A DNA stretch of 64,000 nt from Parcubacteria group bacterium. GTDB taxonomy: Bacteria; Patescibacteriota; Minisyncoccia; Phycocordibacterales; Phycocordibacteraceae. The position numbers and the translations under genes were made by a program. Shown here piece by piece: positions 17,987 to 27,256 of the stretch; the first letter of the stretch is position 1; the number at the start of each line of letters is the position of its first letter. The stretch spans positions 44,537 through 108,536 of the forward strand of contig JAQBRE010000007.1 of assembly GCA_028286605.1 (NCBI GenBank), written 5' to 3'. The notes beneath the pieces were generated by a model. The model had not been told where the DNA came from. It saw only the letters and a program-made list of their open reading frames with translations, and searched no databases.

Positions 17987-18870
17987 TGGCTATCACTGAC
18001 GCACAGATCAAGATCCTTGAAAAAGACGCGGAGCAGATTCGCGAGACTATTATAGAGATGCTCGTCGCTGCCGGTTCAGGGCATACTGCTGGACCACTCG
18101 ACATGGCAGATATTTTTACCGCCTTCTATTTTCATATCCTCAAGCACGACCCAAAGAATCCTGAGTGGGAGGAACGCGATCGTCTCATACTTTCGAACGG
18201 CCACATCGTTCCGGTGCGCTACGCGACCATGGCTCATGTAGGCTATTTCCCCGTGAAGGAGTGCCTGACACTTCGCAAATTCGGTACACGCCTGCAGGGC
18301 CATCCAGAACGTCTGAAGCTTCCCGGTATGGAAACGACATCTGGCCCGCTGGGCGAAGGACTCTCACAAGGCGGCGGCATGGCCTATGCGCTCCGCATGG
18401 ATGGCAAAACTAAGTCTAATGGCGCAAGCGCCGTTGCGCCGCATATATATGTATTGATGGGCGACGGGGAACTGAATGAAGGGAACGTGTGGGAGGCAGC
18501 GATGTGGGTAGCGAAGAACAAGCTTTCGAATATCACTGCAGTCATAGACCGAAACAACATTCAGATCGACGGCCTCACCGAAGACGTGATGCCGCTGGAG
18601 AATCTTCGCGCGAAGTGGGAAGCGTTCGGCTGGCACGTGCTTGAAGTGGATGGGCATAATATTCGTCAGTTCATCGAAGCGGTAGACGAAGCGAAGGCGA
18701 TCGTCGAGAAGCCGACGGTTATCATCGCACACACAATCGCAGGAAAAGGCGTGCCGGATATCGAATACGATTATCATTGGCATGGGAAACCGCCTACACC
18801 AGAAGAAGGAAAGAAATTCCTGAAAGAGCTTCGTTCAATGAAGGGAAAGCTTCCGCACGAATACGCATAA
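17986..18870 (+). CDS. tkt: Transketolase, N-terminal (TPP-binding) subunit of split enzyme
   Basis: GSGHTAGPLDMADIFTAFYFHILKHDPKNPEWEERDRLILSNGH matches the transketolase N-terminal section. Confidence 0.9.
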   Translation: MAITDAQIKILEKDAEQIRETIIEMLVAAGSGHTAGPLDMADIFTAFYFHILKHDPKNPEWEERDRLILSNGHIVPVRYATMAHVGYFPVKECLTLRKFGTRLQGHPERLKLPGMETTSGPLGEGLSQGGGMAYALRMDGKTKSNGASAVAPHIYVLMGDGELNEGNVWEAAMWVAKNKLSNITAVIDRNNIQIDGLTEDVMPLENLRAKWEAFGWHVLEVDGHNIRQFIEAVDEAKAIVEKPTVIIAHTIAGKGVPDIEYDYHWHGKPPTPEEGKKFLKELRSMKGKLPHEYA

Positions 18871-18871
18871 C

Positions 18872-19873
18872 ATGATCAACCCGAACGCAAAATTAGTCGC
18901 TGACGTATTCGCGAAAGATATCGTGATGAAGCCGACCCGTGACGGATTCGGTACAGGCACGATCGAAGCAGGGCATGCAGACGTAAACGTCGTCGTGCTC
19001 TGCGCGGATCTTTCCGAAAGCACGCGTGCAGAGTGGTTCCAGAAAGAGTTTCCTGATCGCTTCATCGAAGTTGGAATCGGCGAACAGAATATGGCAGGGC
19101 TTGGTGCAGGCTTTGCTGCGGCAGATAAGGTTCCATTCATCGCCTCGTACGCAGCATTCAATCCAGGTCGCAATTACGAGCAGATCCGCACAACCATCGC
19201 CCTCAATGAGCGGCATGTCATCATCTGCGGCATGCATGCAGGAGTTTCTGTGGGGCCAGACGGCGCAACGCACCAGATGCTCGAAGACATCGGCCTCATG
19301 CGCATGCTTCCGCATATGACGGTTATAAATCCGGGCGATGCAGAAGAAGCACGCAAAGCCGTCGTCGCTGCCGCAAAAGCGAAGACACCTATATATATAC
19401 GGTTCGGCCGTGCGAATGTCGCGACGTTTACGACGCCAGAAACGCCGTTCGTTATCGGTAAGGCACTCACGGTGTGGGAAGGCGAGAAGCCGAAAGTCGC
19501 ATTGCTTTCAACCGGCGCGATGACCTATCAGGCACTGCAGGCTGCACGTGCGCTGGCTGCAGACGGAATCGAATCGATCGTATTGCATGTCCCGACTATT
19601 AAGCCGCTCGATGTCGAAGCAGTCATTGCTGCAGCGAAGCGTACCGGCTGCGTGATCACGATAGAAGAGCATCAAGTAGCGGGTGGTTTCGGAAGTGCGA
19701 TTGCGGAGTGCCTCTCAGAACACTATCCCGTTCCGGTAACGCGCATCGGCATACAGGACGTCTTCGGACAATCGGGTACGCCGGAAGAATTACTGGAGCA
19801 TTACGGCCTTTCTGCATCGAATATCGTGGAGGTTGCACGTGCGCAGGCGGGCGCGAAGCGCCCGCTCAAGTAG
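18872..19873 (+). CDS. tkt: Transketolase, C-terminal (pyrimidine-binding) subunit
   Basis: EVGIGEQNMAGLGAGFAAA motif. It is adjacent to and co-oriented with the N-terminal subunit. Confidence 0.9.
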   Translation: MINPNAKLVADVFAKDIVMKPTRDGFGTGTIEAGHADVNVVVLCADLSESTRAEWFQKEFPDRFIEVGIGEQNMAGLGAGFAAADKVPFIASYAAFNPGRNYEQIRTTIALNERHVIICGMHAGVSVGPDGATHQMLEDIGLMRMLPHMTVINPGDAEEARKAVVAAAKAKTPIYIRFGRANVATFTTPETPFVIGKALTVWEGEKPKVALLSTGAMTYQALQAARALAADGIESIVLHVPTIKPLDVEAVIAAAKRTGCVITIEEHQVAGGFGSAIAECLSEHYPVPVTRIGIQDVFGQSGTPEELLEHYGLSASNIVEVARAQAGAKRPLK

Positions 19874-19888
19874 GGCTATACTTTATAT

Positions 19889-20035
19889 ATGAAAATCCGC
19901 CGCGTCGACAGTATCTTCGGAGCTATTTTTATACTCATCGCTGGCGGCGCAGCGACATGGTTCATCGTGCATACGATAAACAATATTCCTCCGGTCTATC
20001 TTTCAGATCAGAACCTGCAGGCAGATGGCCTTTAA
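19889..20035 (+). CDS. Candidate 48-aa single-TM small protein (not in the ORF track because it is under 60 aa)
   Basis: ATG at 19889; MKIRRVDSIFGAIFILIAGGAATWFIVHTINNIPPVYLSDQNLQADGL*. It exactly fills the gap between the tkt stop and the pfkB 3' end. Confidence 0.25.
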   Translation: MKIRRVDSIFGAIFILIAGGAATWFIVHTINNIPPVYLSDQNLQADGL

Positions 20036-21031
20036 TTAGAGGTCGCGTACCACGTACGAGCTCGGTGCCTTGTTCAGGAACTCAAGCAGTTCATTGCGCG
20101 TAAGGAGACCGGTCTGCGCGCCCACTTGCTGTACGACGCTCATAGAATTTATAGGGCCCCACAGCAATGCTTTCTCCAGCGGCTCGCCAAGCGCGAGCGC
20201 TGATGCGACCGTTGACGTGAAGGCATCGCCTGCGCCGGTGCGTTCGTAGGGGCCGCGCGTGTCGGGATACATCGGTACATACATCATGCGTGAGCCGTCG
20301 AAGGCATAGGCACCCTTTGTGCCGTCCGTTATCACAACTATCTTGGGACCGAGCTTAGCGAGGCCAACGAGCAAGCCGCGGATATCATCCAGGCGGTCTA
20401 TTCCAAGAATACGTCCGGCTTCTTCCTTATTGCAGCTGAAGAAATTAGTTCGCGCATACAGCGATGCGAGTGACTTCGTGCCGAGCGACATCTGGAACGT
20501 TCCTGGATTGAATGCGAGCTGTATTTCGGGATGCGCCTCGAGCATCTTCGCGAGCTCAAGATGATAGGGCAGCGTGTGGTCGGCAAGGGAAGAGAGGTAG
20601 ACCCACTTCGGCACATTCGGAAGTTCAGGAATCGTATACGAAAACTCCTCATGCTTCACCAAGATCGTGCGTTCGCTCTCGTACCACAGCACGTAGTGAT
20701 GGTTGGTTTTCTTCCCAGGCTCCGTAACCATATACGAGGTATCGATTTTCTCCTGCGTAAGACGTTCCATGCACTGCGCACCTTCGCTGTCTTCGCCAAC
20801 ATAGGCGCGCAGCGCCGAATTGAGTCCCAAGCGCGCGGCCGAGACGGCCGCATTCGCTGCATTTCCTACAGCCGGCATGAATACCGCATAGTCGTACGGA
20901 ATCTTATCGCCCCAGCTCATGCAGATCTGGCATTTGCTCGCGCCCTTGTCGCAATGCACTTCGGCTTCCTTCAGTCGGATGAACGGTTCGCACACGATGT
21001 CGCCGATGGCGAGGAAGTCGAGTTGATTCAT
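20036..21031 (-). CDS. PfkB-family carbohydrate kinase (ribokinase/phosphofructokinase-B superfamily)
   Basis: GAGDAFTSTVASALALG matches PfkB signature 2, and the N-terminus has a GD-type nucleotide/sugar-binding region. Length 331 aa. Confidence 0.8.
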   Translation of the reverse strand: MNQLDFLAIGDIVCEPFIRLKEAEVHCDKGASKCQICMSWGDKIPYDYAVFMPAVGNAANAAVSAARLGLNSALRAYVGEDSEGAQCMERLTQEKIDTSYMVTEPGKKTNHHYVLWYESERTILVKHEEFSYTIPELPNVPKWVYLSSLADHTLPYHLELAKMLEAHPEIQLAFNPGTFQMSLGTKSLASLYARTNFFSCNKEEAGRILGIDRLDDIRGLLVGLAKLGPKIVVITDGTKGAYAFDGSRMMYVPMYPDTRGPYERTGAGDAFTSTVASALALGEPLEKALLWGPINSMSVVQQVGAQTGLLTRNELLEFLNKAPSSYVVRDL

Positions 21032-21079
21032 GATGAAAGTATAGCAAGCGCATGCAGGGGTACGCTATACTGAACGCAC

Positions 21080-22078
21080 ATGCTTGACCTTACTGATATC
21101 GCGCAGTCGCTCGTCGCGCACGGAAAAGGAATCCTTGCCGCGGACGAAAGCGGTGACACCGCAGATAACAAACGACTGAAGCCCCATGGCATCGAGCCAT
21201 CAGAAGAGAATCGCCGAAAGTTCCGCGACCTCCTGCTCGCGACGCCAGGCGTAGAACAATATCTCACCGGCGTAATCCTGTACGACGAGACGTTGCATCA
21301 GAGCGACGATGCTGGCACGCCATTCGCGAAATCACTTTCGAATAAGGGAATCATCCCCGGTATCAAAGTGGATGAAGGTCTCGAGCCGTTCCCGGAAAGT
21401 CCTGACGAAACGATAACGAAAGGCTTGCTCGGCCTTCCTGAACGCCTCGCTGAATATAAGAAGACCTACGACACCGGCTTCACGAAGTGGCGCGCGGCGA
21501 TAAAGATAGATGGCACGCGCTTGCCCACCGCTCAGGCGATCCATGAGAATGCGAAGCGCCTCGCGATGTACGCGCTCGAAGTGCAGAAAGCCGGCATGGT
21601 ACCGATGGTGGAACCGGAAATGCTTCTCGACGGCAACCACAGCCGCATGCGCGCGAAGGAGGTCCTTACGGACGTGATAGGCATGCTGATGCAGGTGATG
21701 GAAGAACAAGCAGTAGACATGAGCGCGATCATTCTGAAAACGTCGATGGTTCTTTCGGGAAAAGACAGCGGACATACCGATACCCCTGAAGAAGTCGCTG
21801 CAGACACGATGAGCGTACTTATGGATACCGTACCTATAGAGGTGCCGGGCATAGTCTTCCTTTCAGGAGGTCAGTCTCCGGATCAGGCAACGACGAACCT
21901 CGCGGCTATCGCGAAGCTCGCGAAAGAGATGAATGCGCCATGGCCGCTTACGTTCTCCTATGCGCGCGCGCTGCAGGAAGATGCGCTCGCTACGTGGGCA
22001 GGAAAGGATGAGAATATCCCCGCAGCCCGCGAAGTATTCCTTGAACGTCTTAAGAAGGTGTCCGCAGCGCTAACCTAA
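21080..22078 (+). CDS. fba: Fructose-bisphosphate aldolase, class I
   Basis: ILAADESGDTADNKRLKPHGIEPSEENRRKFRDLLL and IVFLSGGQS are class-I FBA hallmarks. Confidence 0.9.
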   Translation: MLDLTDIAQSLVAHGKGILAADESGDTADNKRLKPHGIEPSEENRRKFRDLLLATPGVEQYLTGVILYDETLHQSDDAGTPFAKSLSNKGIIPGIKVDEGLEPFPESPDETITKGLLGLPERLAEYKKTYDTGFTKWRAAIKIDGTRLPTAQAIHENAKRLAMYALEVQKAGMVPMVEPEMLLDGNHSRMRAKEVLTDVIGMLMQVMEEQAVDMSAIILKTSMVLSGKDSGHTDTPEEVAADTMSVLMDTVPIEVPGIVFLSGGQSPDQATTNLAAIAKLAKEMNAPWPLTFSYARALQEDALATWAGKDENIPAAREVFLERLKKVSAALT

Positions 22079-22083
22079 ATTCT

Positions 22084-22650
22084 ATGAAACGCGGATTCAC
22101 TCTTATCGAGCTTCTCGTCGTGATCGCGATTATCGGTACGCTCTCGTCAATCGTTCTTGCTTCGCTTAATTCTGCACGAGTGAAGGCGCGCGACGCGCAG
22201 CGGTTATCTGATGTTCATCAAATAACGAATGCGATTGAACTGTACGCAAATGATCATAATCCTGCGTACCCTTCAGTCGGCGGTTCATTGGTAGGTACGG
22301 CATGCTTAGGTCTCTCTGCGGGGTCTTGCTGGGGCGGTTTGGTGCTTGGAAACTCCTTCATTGCGGCCGATTTTCAGCCATTCATCCAAATGCCTGTAGA
22401 TCCGCTTCCCGCCCGAGGATTCGGAGATAGATATGTGTATGTGTTCGGACAAGTCTATAAGAACTGTGTCTTTGCGACGCCTTCTGCGCTAGGACATTTC
22501 ATCCTGTATGTTCCCGATGGCGGACTCGCTTCCACCACGTCTACCTGTGCGGTGGGAATCAATGCATGCTGTTTCAGTACTCCCCTCTGTAGTGTTGGCT
22601 CTCTGGGAACAATATCGCCGAATTTTTGCGCCGTAGCGCTTCCTGACTAG
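22084..22650 (+). CDS. Type IV pilin/pseudopilin with Cys-rich C-terminal domain
   Basis: MKRGFTLIELLVVIAIIGTLSSIVLASL has the prepilin G/FTLIE N-methylation motif and a hydrophobic helix. The C-terminal part has about 9 Cys. Confidence 0.8.
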   Translation: MKRGFTLIELLVVIAIIGTLSSIVLASLNSARVKARDAQRLSDVHQITNAIELYANDHNPAYPSVGGSLVGTACLGLSAGSCWGGLVLGNSFIAADFQPFIQMPVDPLPARGFGDRYVYVFGQVYKNCVFATPSALGHFILYVPDGGLASTTSTCAVGINACCFSTPLCSVGSLGTISPNFCAVALPD

Positions 22651-22697
22651 GCCGTTTCTTGCATTTCAGTGCGCATTCAGGCATACTAGGGCCTACT

Positions 22698-23354
22698 ATG
22701 AACACGCTCGCAGCAGAACCCCGCAGCATTACCGGCAAGGCCGTGAAGGAGCTCCTTACTAAGGATCAGATGCCTGCAGTCGTCTATGGACCTAAGCAGG
22801 AAGCGATGCCGATCTCGATCGGTCTCCTTGCATTCAAGCGCATGATCCGTGAGAACGGAGAGTCTTCGGTTATCGACCTCACCGGCCTCGGCACGCCGCT
22901 TCAGGTTCTTATTCACGAAGTGGATCGTGACCCCGTTACTAGCAGCCCGCGCCACGCAGATTTCTATGCGATCGAGAAGGGTGCGAAAGTCGAAGTCGCT
23001 ATTCCGCTTACCTTCATCGGCGAGTCCGCTGCAGTTAAGGGAGGTGCAAGCATGGTCAAGGTCATGCACGAGCTCGAAGTGTCTGCAGATGCGTCGAAGC
23101 TTCCTCATGAACTGGAAGTCGATATCAGCACGCTCGAGAACATCGGTGATCAGATCCACGTTAAGGACATCAAGCTTCCCGCAGGCGTTACGACTCCAGT
23201 AGATGGCGAAGAGGTCATCGTGCTCATCCAGGAAGTAGAAGTAGAGCCAGAAACGACCGAAGGTCCTGACATGGACGCTATCGAGGTTGAGCAGAAGGGC
23301 AAGGGTGAAGATGGTGACGCCGCTTCTACAGAAGACGCAGCTGCTGAAGGATAA
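22698..23354 (+). CDS. rplY: 50S ribosomal protein L25 / general stress protein Ctc
   Basis: MNTLAAEPRSITGKAVKELLTKDQMPAVVYGPKQEAMPISI matches the L25 N-terminal beta-barrel domain. It has an acidic C-terminal tail. Start chosen at the internal ATG 22698. Confidence 0.8.
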   Translation: MNTLAAEPRSITGKAVKELLTKDQMPAVVYGPKQEAMPISIGLLAFKRMIRENGESSVIDLTGLGTPLQVLIHEVDRDPVTSSPRHADFYAIEKGAKVEVAIPLTFIGESAAVKGGASMVKVMHELEVSADASKLPHELEVDISTLENIGDQIHVKDIKLPAGVTTPVDGEEVIVLIQEVEVEPETTEGPDMDAIEVEQKGKGEDGDAASTEDAAAEG

Positions 23355-23393
23355 TAGTTTTAGATCTGAAGAAGAAAGAGACGCGCCTGTGGC

Positions 23394-23425
23394 GAGGATC
23401 GGCATCTTTTCGCCGATCCTCTTTC
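23394..23425 (+). terminator. Rho-independent terminator after rplY
   Basis: gaggatcggc-atcttttc-gccgatcctc followed by tttc. Confidence 0.6.
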
Positions 23426-23456
23426 AATATATGCATCGTGGTACACTGTTCCAGTT

Positions 23457-24881
23457 ATGTTCCTAAGGCAAAATCGGTTTGTTTTCGGTACAGGTGTACT
23501 TCTTTTCGTACTCCTCACGTGTACGCTTGTGCCTCAGATTACCCGTGCCCAAACAGCCACAGCGCCTGCAACAGACGATGTCGCTGCCAGGCGTGCCGCG
23601 CTTCAGTCCCAACTCGACCAGGTCGAAGCGCAGATTACCCAGACCCAAGGGACGCTCACCACGCTCCACGGCCAGCACTCTTCGCTTCAGAACGATATAA
23701 ATATTCTCGACACCGGAATAAAGAAAGCTCAGCTTCAGGTACAGGCAACGCAGATCCAGATTCAGGCATTGAATGAAAACATTACCGTGCATGCCAGCAC
23801 GATCGGCCAGCTCAGCGGAAAGCTTTCTGACGAACAGGCATCGCTCGCACAGATCGTACGTGAGACGCGCGAAGTTGATGACGAGTCGCTCGTAGAACTC
23901 GTTTTCTCTGCACAGGATGTTTCAGGCTTCTTTAACGATCTTGATTCCTTCGCGACGCTCAAGCAGCAGCTCGGCGCATCTTCGCAGCAGCTTACGCAAA
24001 CAAAGTCTGCTACGGAGACCGAGAAGCAGTCGCTCGAAGACCAGAAGACGCAGCAGACGCAGCTTGAAGCAGTGCAGGCCGCGGCGAAGCAAAGTATTGT
24101 AGACCAGCAGAATCAGAAGAAGACGCTGCTTGCGCAGACGACAACAAAGGAAACCACCTATCAGAGCATCTTCAATGCGCAGCAGCAGACCGCGACACAG
24201 ATTCGTGCTGAGCTCTTCGCCCTTGCCGGCGGCAATGGCACCATCACGCTGCCTATAGCTATCACGCTCGCCACGCAGGCAGGCGCTGCTACCGGCGTGC
24301 GTCCCGCGCTTATCCTTGGCATCTTGAAGCAGGAGACTAACCTCGGACAGAATCTTGGCAATGGCGTATGGACGGTAGACATGAGTCCGACGCGCGATCA
24401 GCCGGTCTTCAAAGTGATCATGGCGAATCTCGGTCTTGATCCAAATTCAGTGAAAGTCTCCAAAGCACAAGCTGGCGGCTGGGGCGGGGCGATGGGCCCG
24501 AGCCAGTTCATCCCTTCAACCTGGGCATGCTATGCCGGCTATATAAATACGACGACCGGTTCCTGCGGAAAGGGAACTGATGGCACCTATGCCGGCCCGT
24601 GGACATACGACGCATCGAAAGATCGCCTTGCGAAGGATGCAGGCCACCCAAGCACGCCTTCCAATCCGTATAACAATCTTGACGCATTCACTGCAACCGC
24701 GCTTCTGCTGGCAGATAATGGTGCATCGGCAAAGACTCCCGCTGCCGAGCGACTTTCAGCACTTCGCTACTACGCAGGATGGGGAGGTGCGACGAATCCT
24801 GCGTATTCCTTCTACGGCGACGGCGTAATGAATTACGCGACGCAGTTCCAGAGCGATATCGACACGCTTTCCGGCTCGTAG
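23457..24881 (+). CDS. Secreted coiled-coil protein with C-terminal lytic transglycosylase (MltB/SLT_2-like) domain
   Basis: N-terminal signal/TM, then about 250 aa of Q/L-rich heptads. C-terminus GGWGGAMGPSQFIPSTWACYAGY matches the G.MQFmPsTW motif of lytic transglycosylases. Confidence 0.65.
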   Translation: MFLRQNRFVFGTGVLLFVLLTCTLVPQITRAQTATAPATDDVAARRAALQSQLDQVEAQITQTQGTLTTLHGQHSSLQNDINILDTGIKKAQLQVQATQIQIQALNENITVHASTIGQLSGKLSDEQASLAQIVRETREVDDESLVELVFSAQDVSGFFNDLDSFATLKQQLGASSQQLTQTKSATETEKQSLEDQKTQQTQLEAVQAAAKQSIVDQQNQKKTLLAQTTTKETTYQSIFNAQQQTATQIRAELFALAGGNGTITLPIAITLATQAGAATGVRPALILGILKQETNLGQNLGNGVWTVDMSPTRDQPVFKVIMANLGLDPNSVKVSKAQAGGWGGAMGPSQFIPSTWACYAGYINTTTGSCGKGTDGTYAGPWTYDASKDRLAKDAGHPSTPSNPYNNLDAFTATALLLADNGASAKTPAAERLSALRYYAGWGGATNPAYSFYGDGVMNYATQFQSDIDTLSGS

Positions 24882-24912
24882 TTGTTCACAAAGCAACACT
24901 AGCGCGCTTGGC

Positions 24913-25962
24913 TTGTGCGGTATCATATATCTAATGCCACCGACACAACCCGCAGCGTCAATGCCAGCTGATCAGAGCACTGTTAGCCCACCTTCCTATC
25001 AGCTTCCTCCTGTTCCTCCGGCACCTCCTCATAGAGGTCGAACCATTACCCTAATCGTTGTAGGCGCCCTAATCGTATTGCTTGCCATTGTTGCCGGCCT
25101 CTATTACTTCACGCCGCTCGGCACTCAGCTGATGACTATGTTTGTGCCGACCTCGATTCCTACGGAATTGAAGAGCGCATCATTCCTTTCAGATACGCCG
25201 ACAGGGAACACGATCGTGTATCAGGGTACTGATTCAATAAAGACGCCTAAGGACGCAGGCACCGTTATAGTATCCGCGGTTGAAAATGCCAGCGGCGGTG
25301 CACGCATCACACGTTCGGCTGACGGCACGTTCAAAGTACTCCTCGACAATACTGTAGTGATTCAGGATACGAAACAGCGCATCGGTATCGATCGATCTCC
25401 TGACGGAAAGAGTGTCGTATTCGCGCAAGCAAGCAGTACAATCCCATTCATTCCTCCTGCTATCTCACCAACGTTGCATATAGACCGTAAGGGTTGGAAC
25501 GTATTGGTATATGTGCCGGCTTCGCACACTACCATCAATCTGGGTACAGGCGTGTCGCCATTCTTCATCGATACGACACATGTTGCGTGGCTCGCGCCTG
25601 CCGGTCTTGCGGTGGCAGACCTCTCGACAGGGCAATCCAAGATTCTCGTACCGGACACGACGGGACGTGCATCAGCCGCTACTCTTGTGTCTCCTGATCA
25701 CAGCGTGTTCGCTTGGTATCAGGGAGCAACGAAGACAATGATGCCGTACAAGGTTACTGCGACTGCGGCTATGGCATTGCCTAAGACGTTGATACCAGAT
25801 TCATTGCGCTGGGTAGCGCTCGGCAACGACTCGTTCTACGAGTTGCAGCCAGTCGCATCAGAAACGGAAATTCTCAAGCAGCCATTCGGTGCAAGCGCAA
25901 CGGTAGTTGGGCGTCTCCCGCTGTCGGCTGCCATAACTCGTCTGTGGCTCGGTTCAATTTAA
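24913..25962 (+). CDS. Membrane-anchored protein with Pro-rich N-terminus and PD40/TolB-like beta-propeller repeats, hypothetical
   Basis: N-terminal PP..PPAPP segment, a TM helix (ITLIVVGALIVLLAIVAGLYYF), and recurring SPDGKSVVF / SPDHSVFAW motifs. Confidence 0.45.
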   Translation: MCGIIYLMPPTQPAASMPADQSTVSPPSYQLPPVPPAPPHRGRTITLIVVGALIVLLAIVAGLYYFTPLGTQLMTMFVPTSIPTELKSASFLSDTPTGNTIVYQGTDSIKTPKDAGTVIVSAVENASGGARITRSADGTFKVLLDNTVVIQDTKQRIGIDRSPDGKSVVFAQASSTIPFIPPAISPTLHIDRKGWNVLVYVPASHTTINLGTGVSPFFIDTTHVAWLAPAGLAVADLSTGQSKILVPDTTGRASAATLVSPDHSVFAWYQGATKTMMPYKVTATAAMALPKTLIPDSLRWVALGNDSFYELQPVASETEILKQPFGASATVVGRLPLSAAITRLWLGSI

Positions 25963-26933
25963 CTTCTATGCATATGCCTCGAATTTCATCGTCCCTCATT
26001 ACCAAGTCTCTCGTTACTCTTGTGGTGCTTATCGCAGGCGTGATCGTTTTCGCAAACCATACCCACACGGCACTTGCCGCTGGCGGTACCTATGCATTCA
26101 CCTCACAGTATCTTAGTTACGATGATACATGGATTCCTTGTACAAGCTTTAGCACCCCTACGGCCTTTAGCTGTAATGCGAGTACGGTAGGTAATAGCTT
26201 CGTCGCTAACGTGTGTCGCGGCCCCGGTTGGGATGTGACCGAGTACACGTGTACCTATACGCCGCCACCCGCAAGCGTGTGCACCGTGGATACGAGTTGT
26301 GCAGCAAACACCTGTACGACGAGCACCTGTACAGCAACGAACGCGGATTGTAGTACCAGTACGATTGCCGGTACCAAGAACTGTTCGGTTGCCTGCTCTG
26401 TAAGTAACACATGCGGTACGCTTACGAATACTGGAGTATTAATAGGTAGCGTGTGCAGTGCGCCGCCTCCTTCCGAAGCAACCTGTACTGCGCCACCTCC
26501 TAGCTGTGTTCCTAATGGAGCATGTACGGCAGCCAATACGTGTTCCGGCTCAACCTGTGTTGATAATTGCGGTACTACGTTTAATGGAACTATGACGGGT
26601 GGATCGTGTGTCGTTATTCCTCCTGGGCCCACTGTTTGTTCTAGTCCGACGGTTACCGTAACGGCATCACCGACGCGCGTGAAATCGGGAAGCACGACGG
26701 TCCTTACGATTACCGGAACAGGTCTTACCAGCAGCTGTACGCTTACCGGAACTGGCTCTGGCGCAACGGTGAATCAGGTGCTCACACCGACCTCGTGTAC
26801 GCTGAGCCCGAATCCAACGACCGTCACGACACCACCGATTACGACTCAATCTACCTTTACGGTTACGTGTGCTGATATCGCGGTACCCACTAAGATCATA
26901 GTGAATCTGAACCCAACATTCACCGCGTTCTAG
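25944..26933 (+). CDS. Secreted Cys/Thr-rich protein, hypothetical
   Basis: N-terminal TM/signal, then about 30 Cys in CT..C / TC contexts and a T/S-rich C-terminal half. Confidence 0.45.
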   Translation: MARFNLTSMHMPRISSSLITKSLVTLVVLIAGVIVFANHTHTALAAGGTYAFTSQYLSYDDTWIPCTSFSTPTAFSCNASTVGNSFVANVCRGPGWDVTEYTCTYTPPPASVCTVDTSCAANTCTTSTCTATNADCSTSTIAGTKNCSVACSVSNTCGTLTNTGVLIGSVCSAPPPSEATCTAPPPSCVPNGACTAANTCSGSTCVDNCGTTFNGTMTGGSCVVIPPGPTVCSSPTVTVTASPTRVKSGSTTVLTITGTGLTSSCTLTGTGSGATVNQVLTPTSCTLSPNPTTVTTPPITTQSTFTVTCADIAVPTKIIVNLNPTFTAF

Positions 26934-26945
26934 CGATAGTAAGGA

Positions 26946-26984
26946 GGACGCCCGTCAGGCATTGCCTGACGGGCGTCCTTTTGG
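26946..26984 (+). terminator. Rho-independent terminator
   Basis: ggacgcccgtcagg-cattg-cctgacgggcgtcc followed by ttttgg. Confidence 0.7.
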
Positions 26985-26999
26985 TATAGTCATTCCACT

Positions 27000-27254
27000 A
27001 TGAAGAAAGACATCCACCCAGCCGATTACCGCACTGTGATGTTCGAGGACATGTCCTCGGGCGCGGTGTTCCTTATCGGTTCGACCATCCACACGAAAGA
27101 AACCGGCACACATGAGGGAAAGGAGTACCCGAAGGTTGTCGTTGAAATCTCCAGCAAGTCTCACCCGTTCTACACCGGTGAAGACCGTACGCTCGACAAG
27201 ACAGGACGTGTTGAGAAGTTCAAGCAGCGTGTCGCTGCAGCGAAGAATAAGTAA
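27000..27254 (+). CDS. rpmE: 50S ribosomal protein L31 (non-zinc type)
   Basis: [17 protein letters not shown] ... [24 protein letters not shown] matches the L31 family. Confidence 0.9.
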   Translation: MKKDIHPADYRTVMFEDMSSGAVFLIGSTIHTKETGTHEGKEYPKVVVEISSKSHPFYTGEDRTLDKTGRVEKFKQRVAAAKNK

Positions 27255-27256
27255 GG

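Noticed and set aside
23438-23776. Alternative ORFs overlapping the start of the transglycosylase gene (23438..23776 on the plus strand, 23463..23792 on the minus strand)
   Set aside because: They are shorter, lack motifs, and overlap a longer ORF with a signal peptide and a conserved C-terminal domain.
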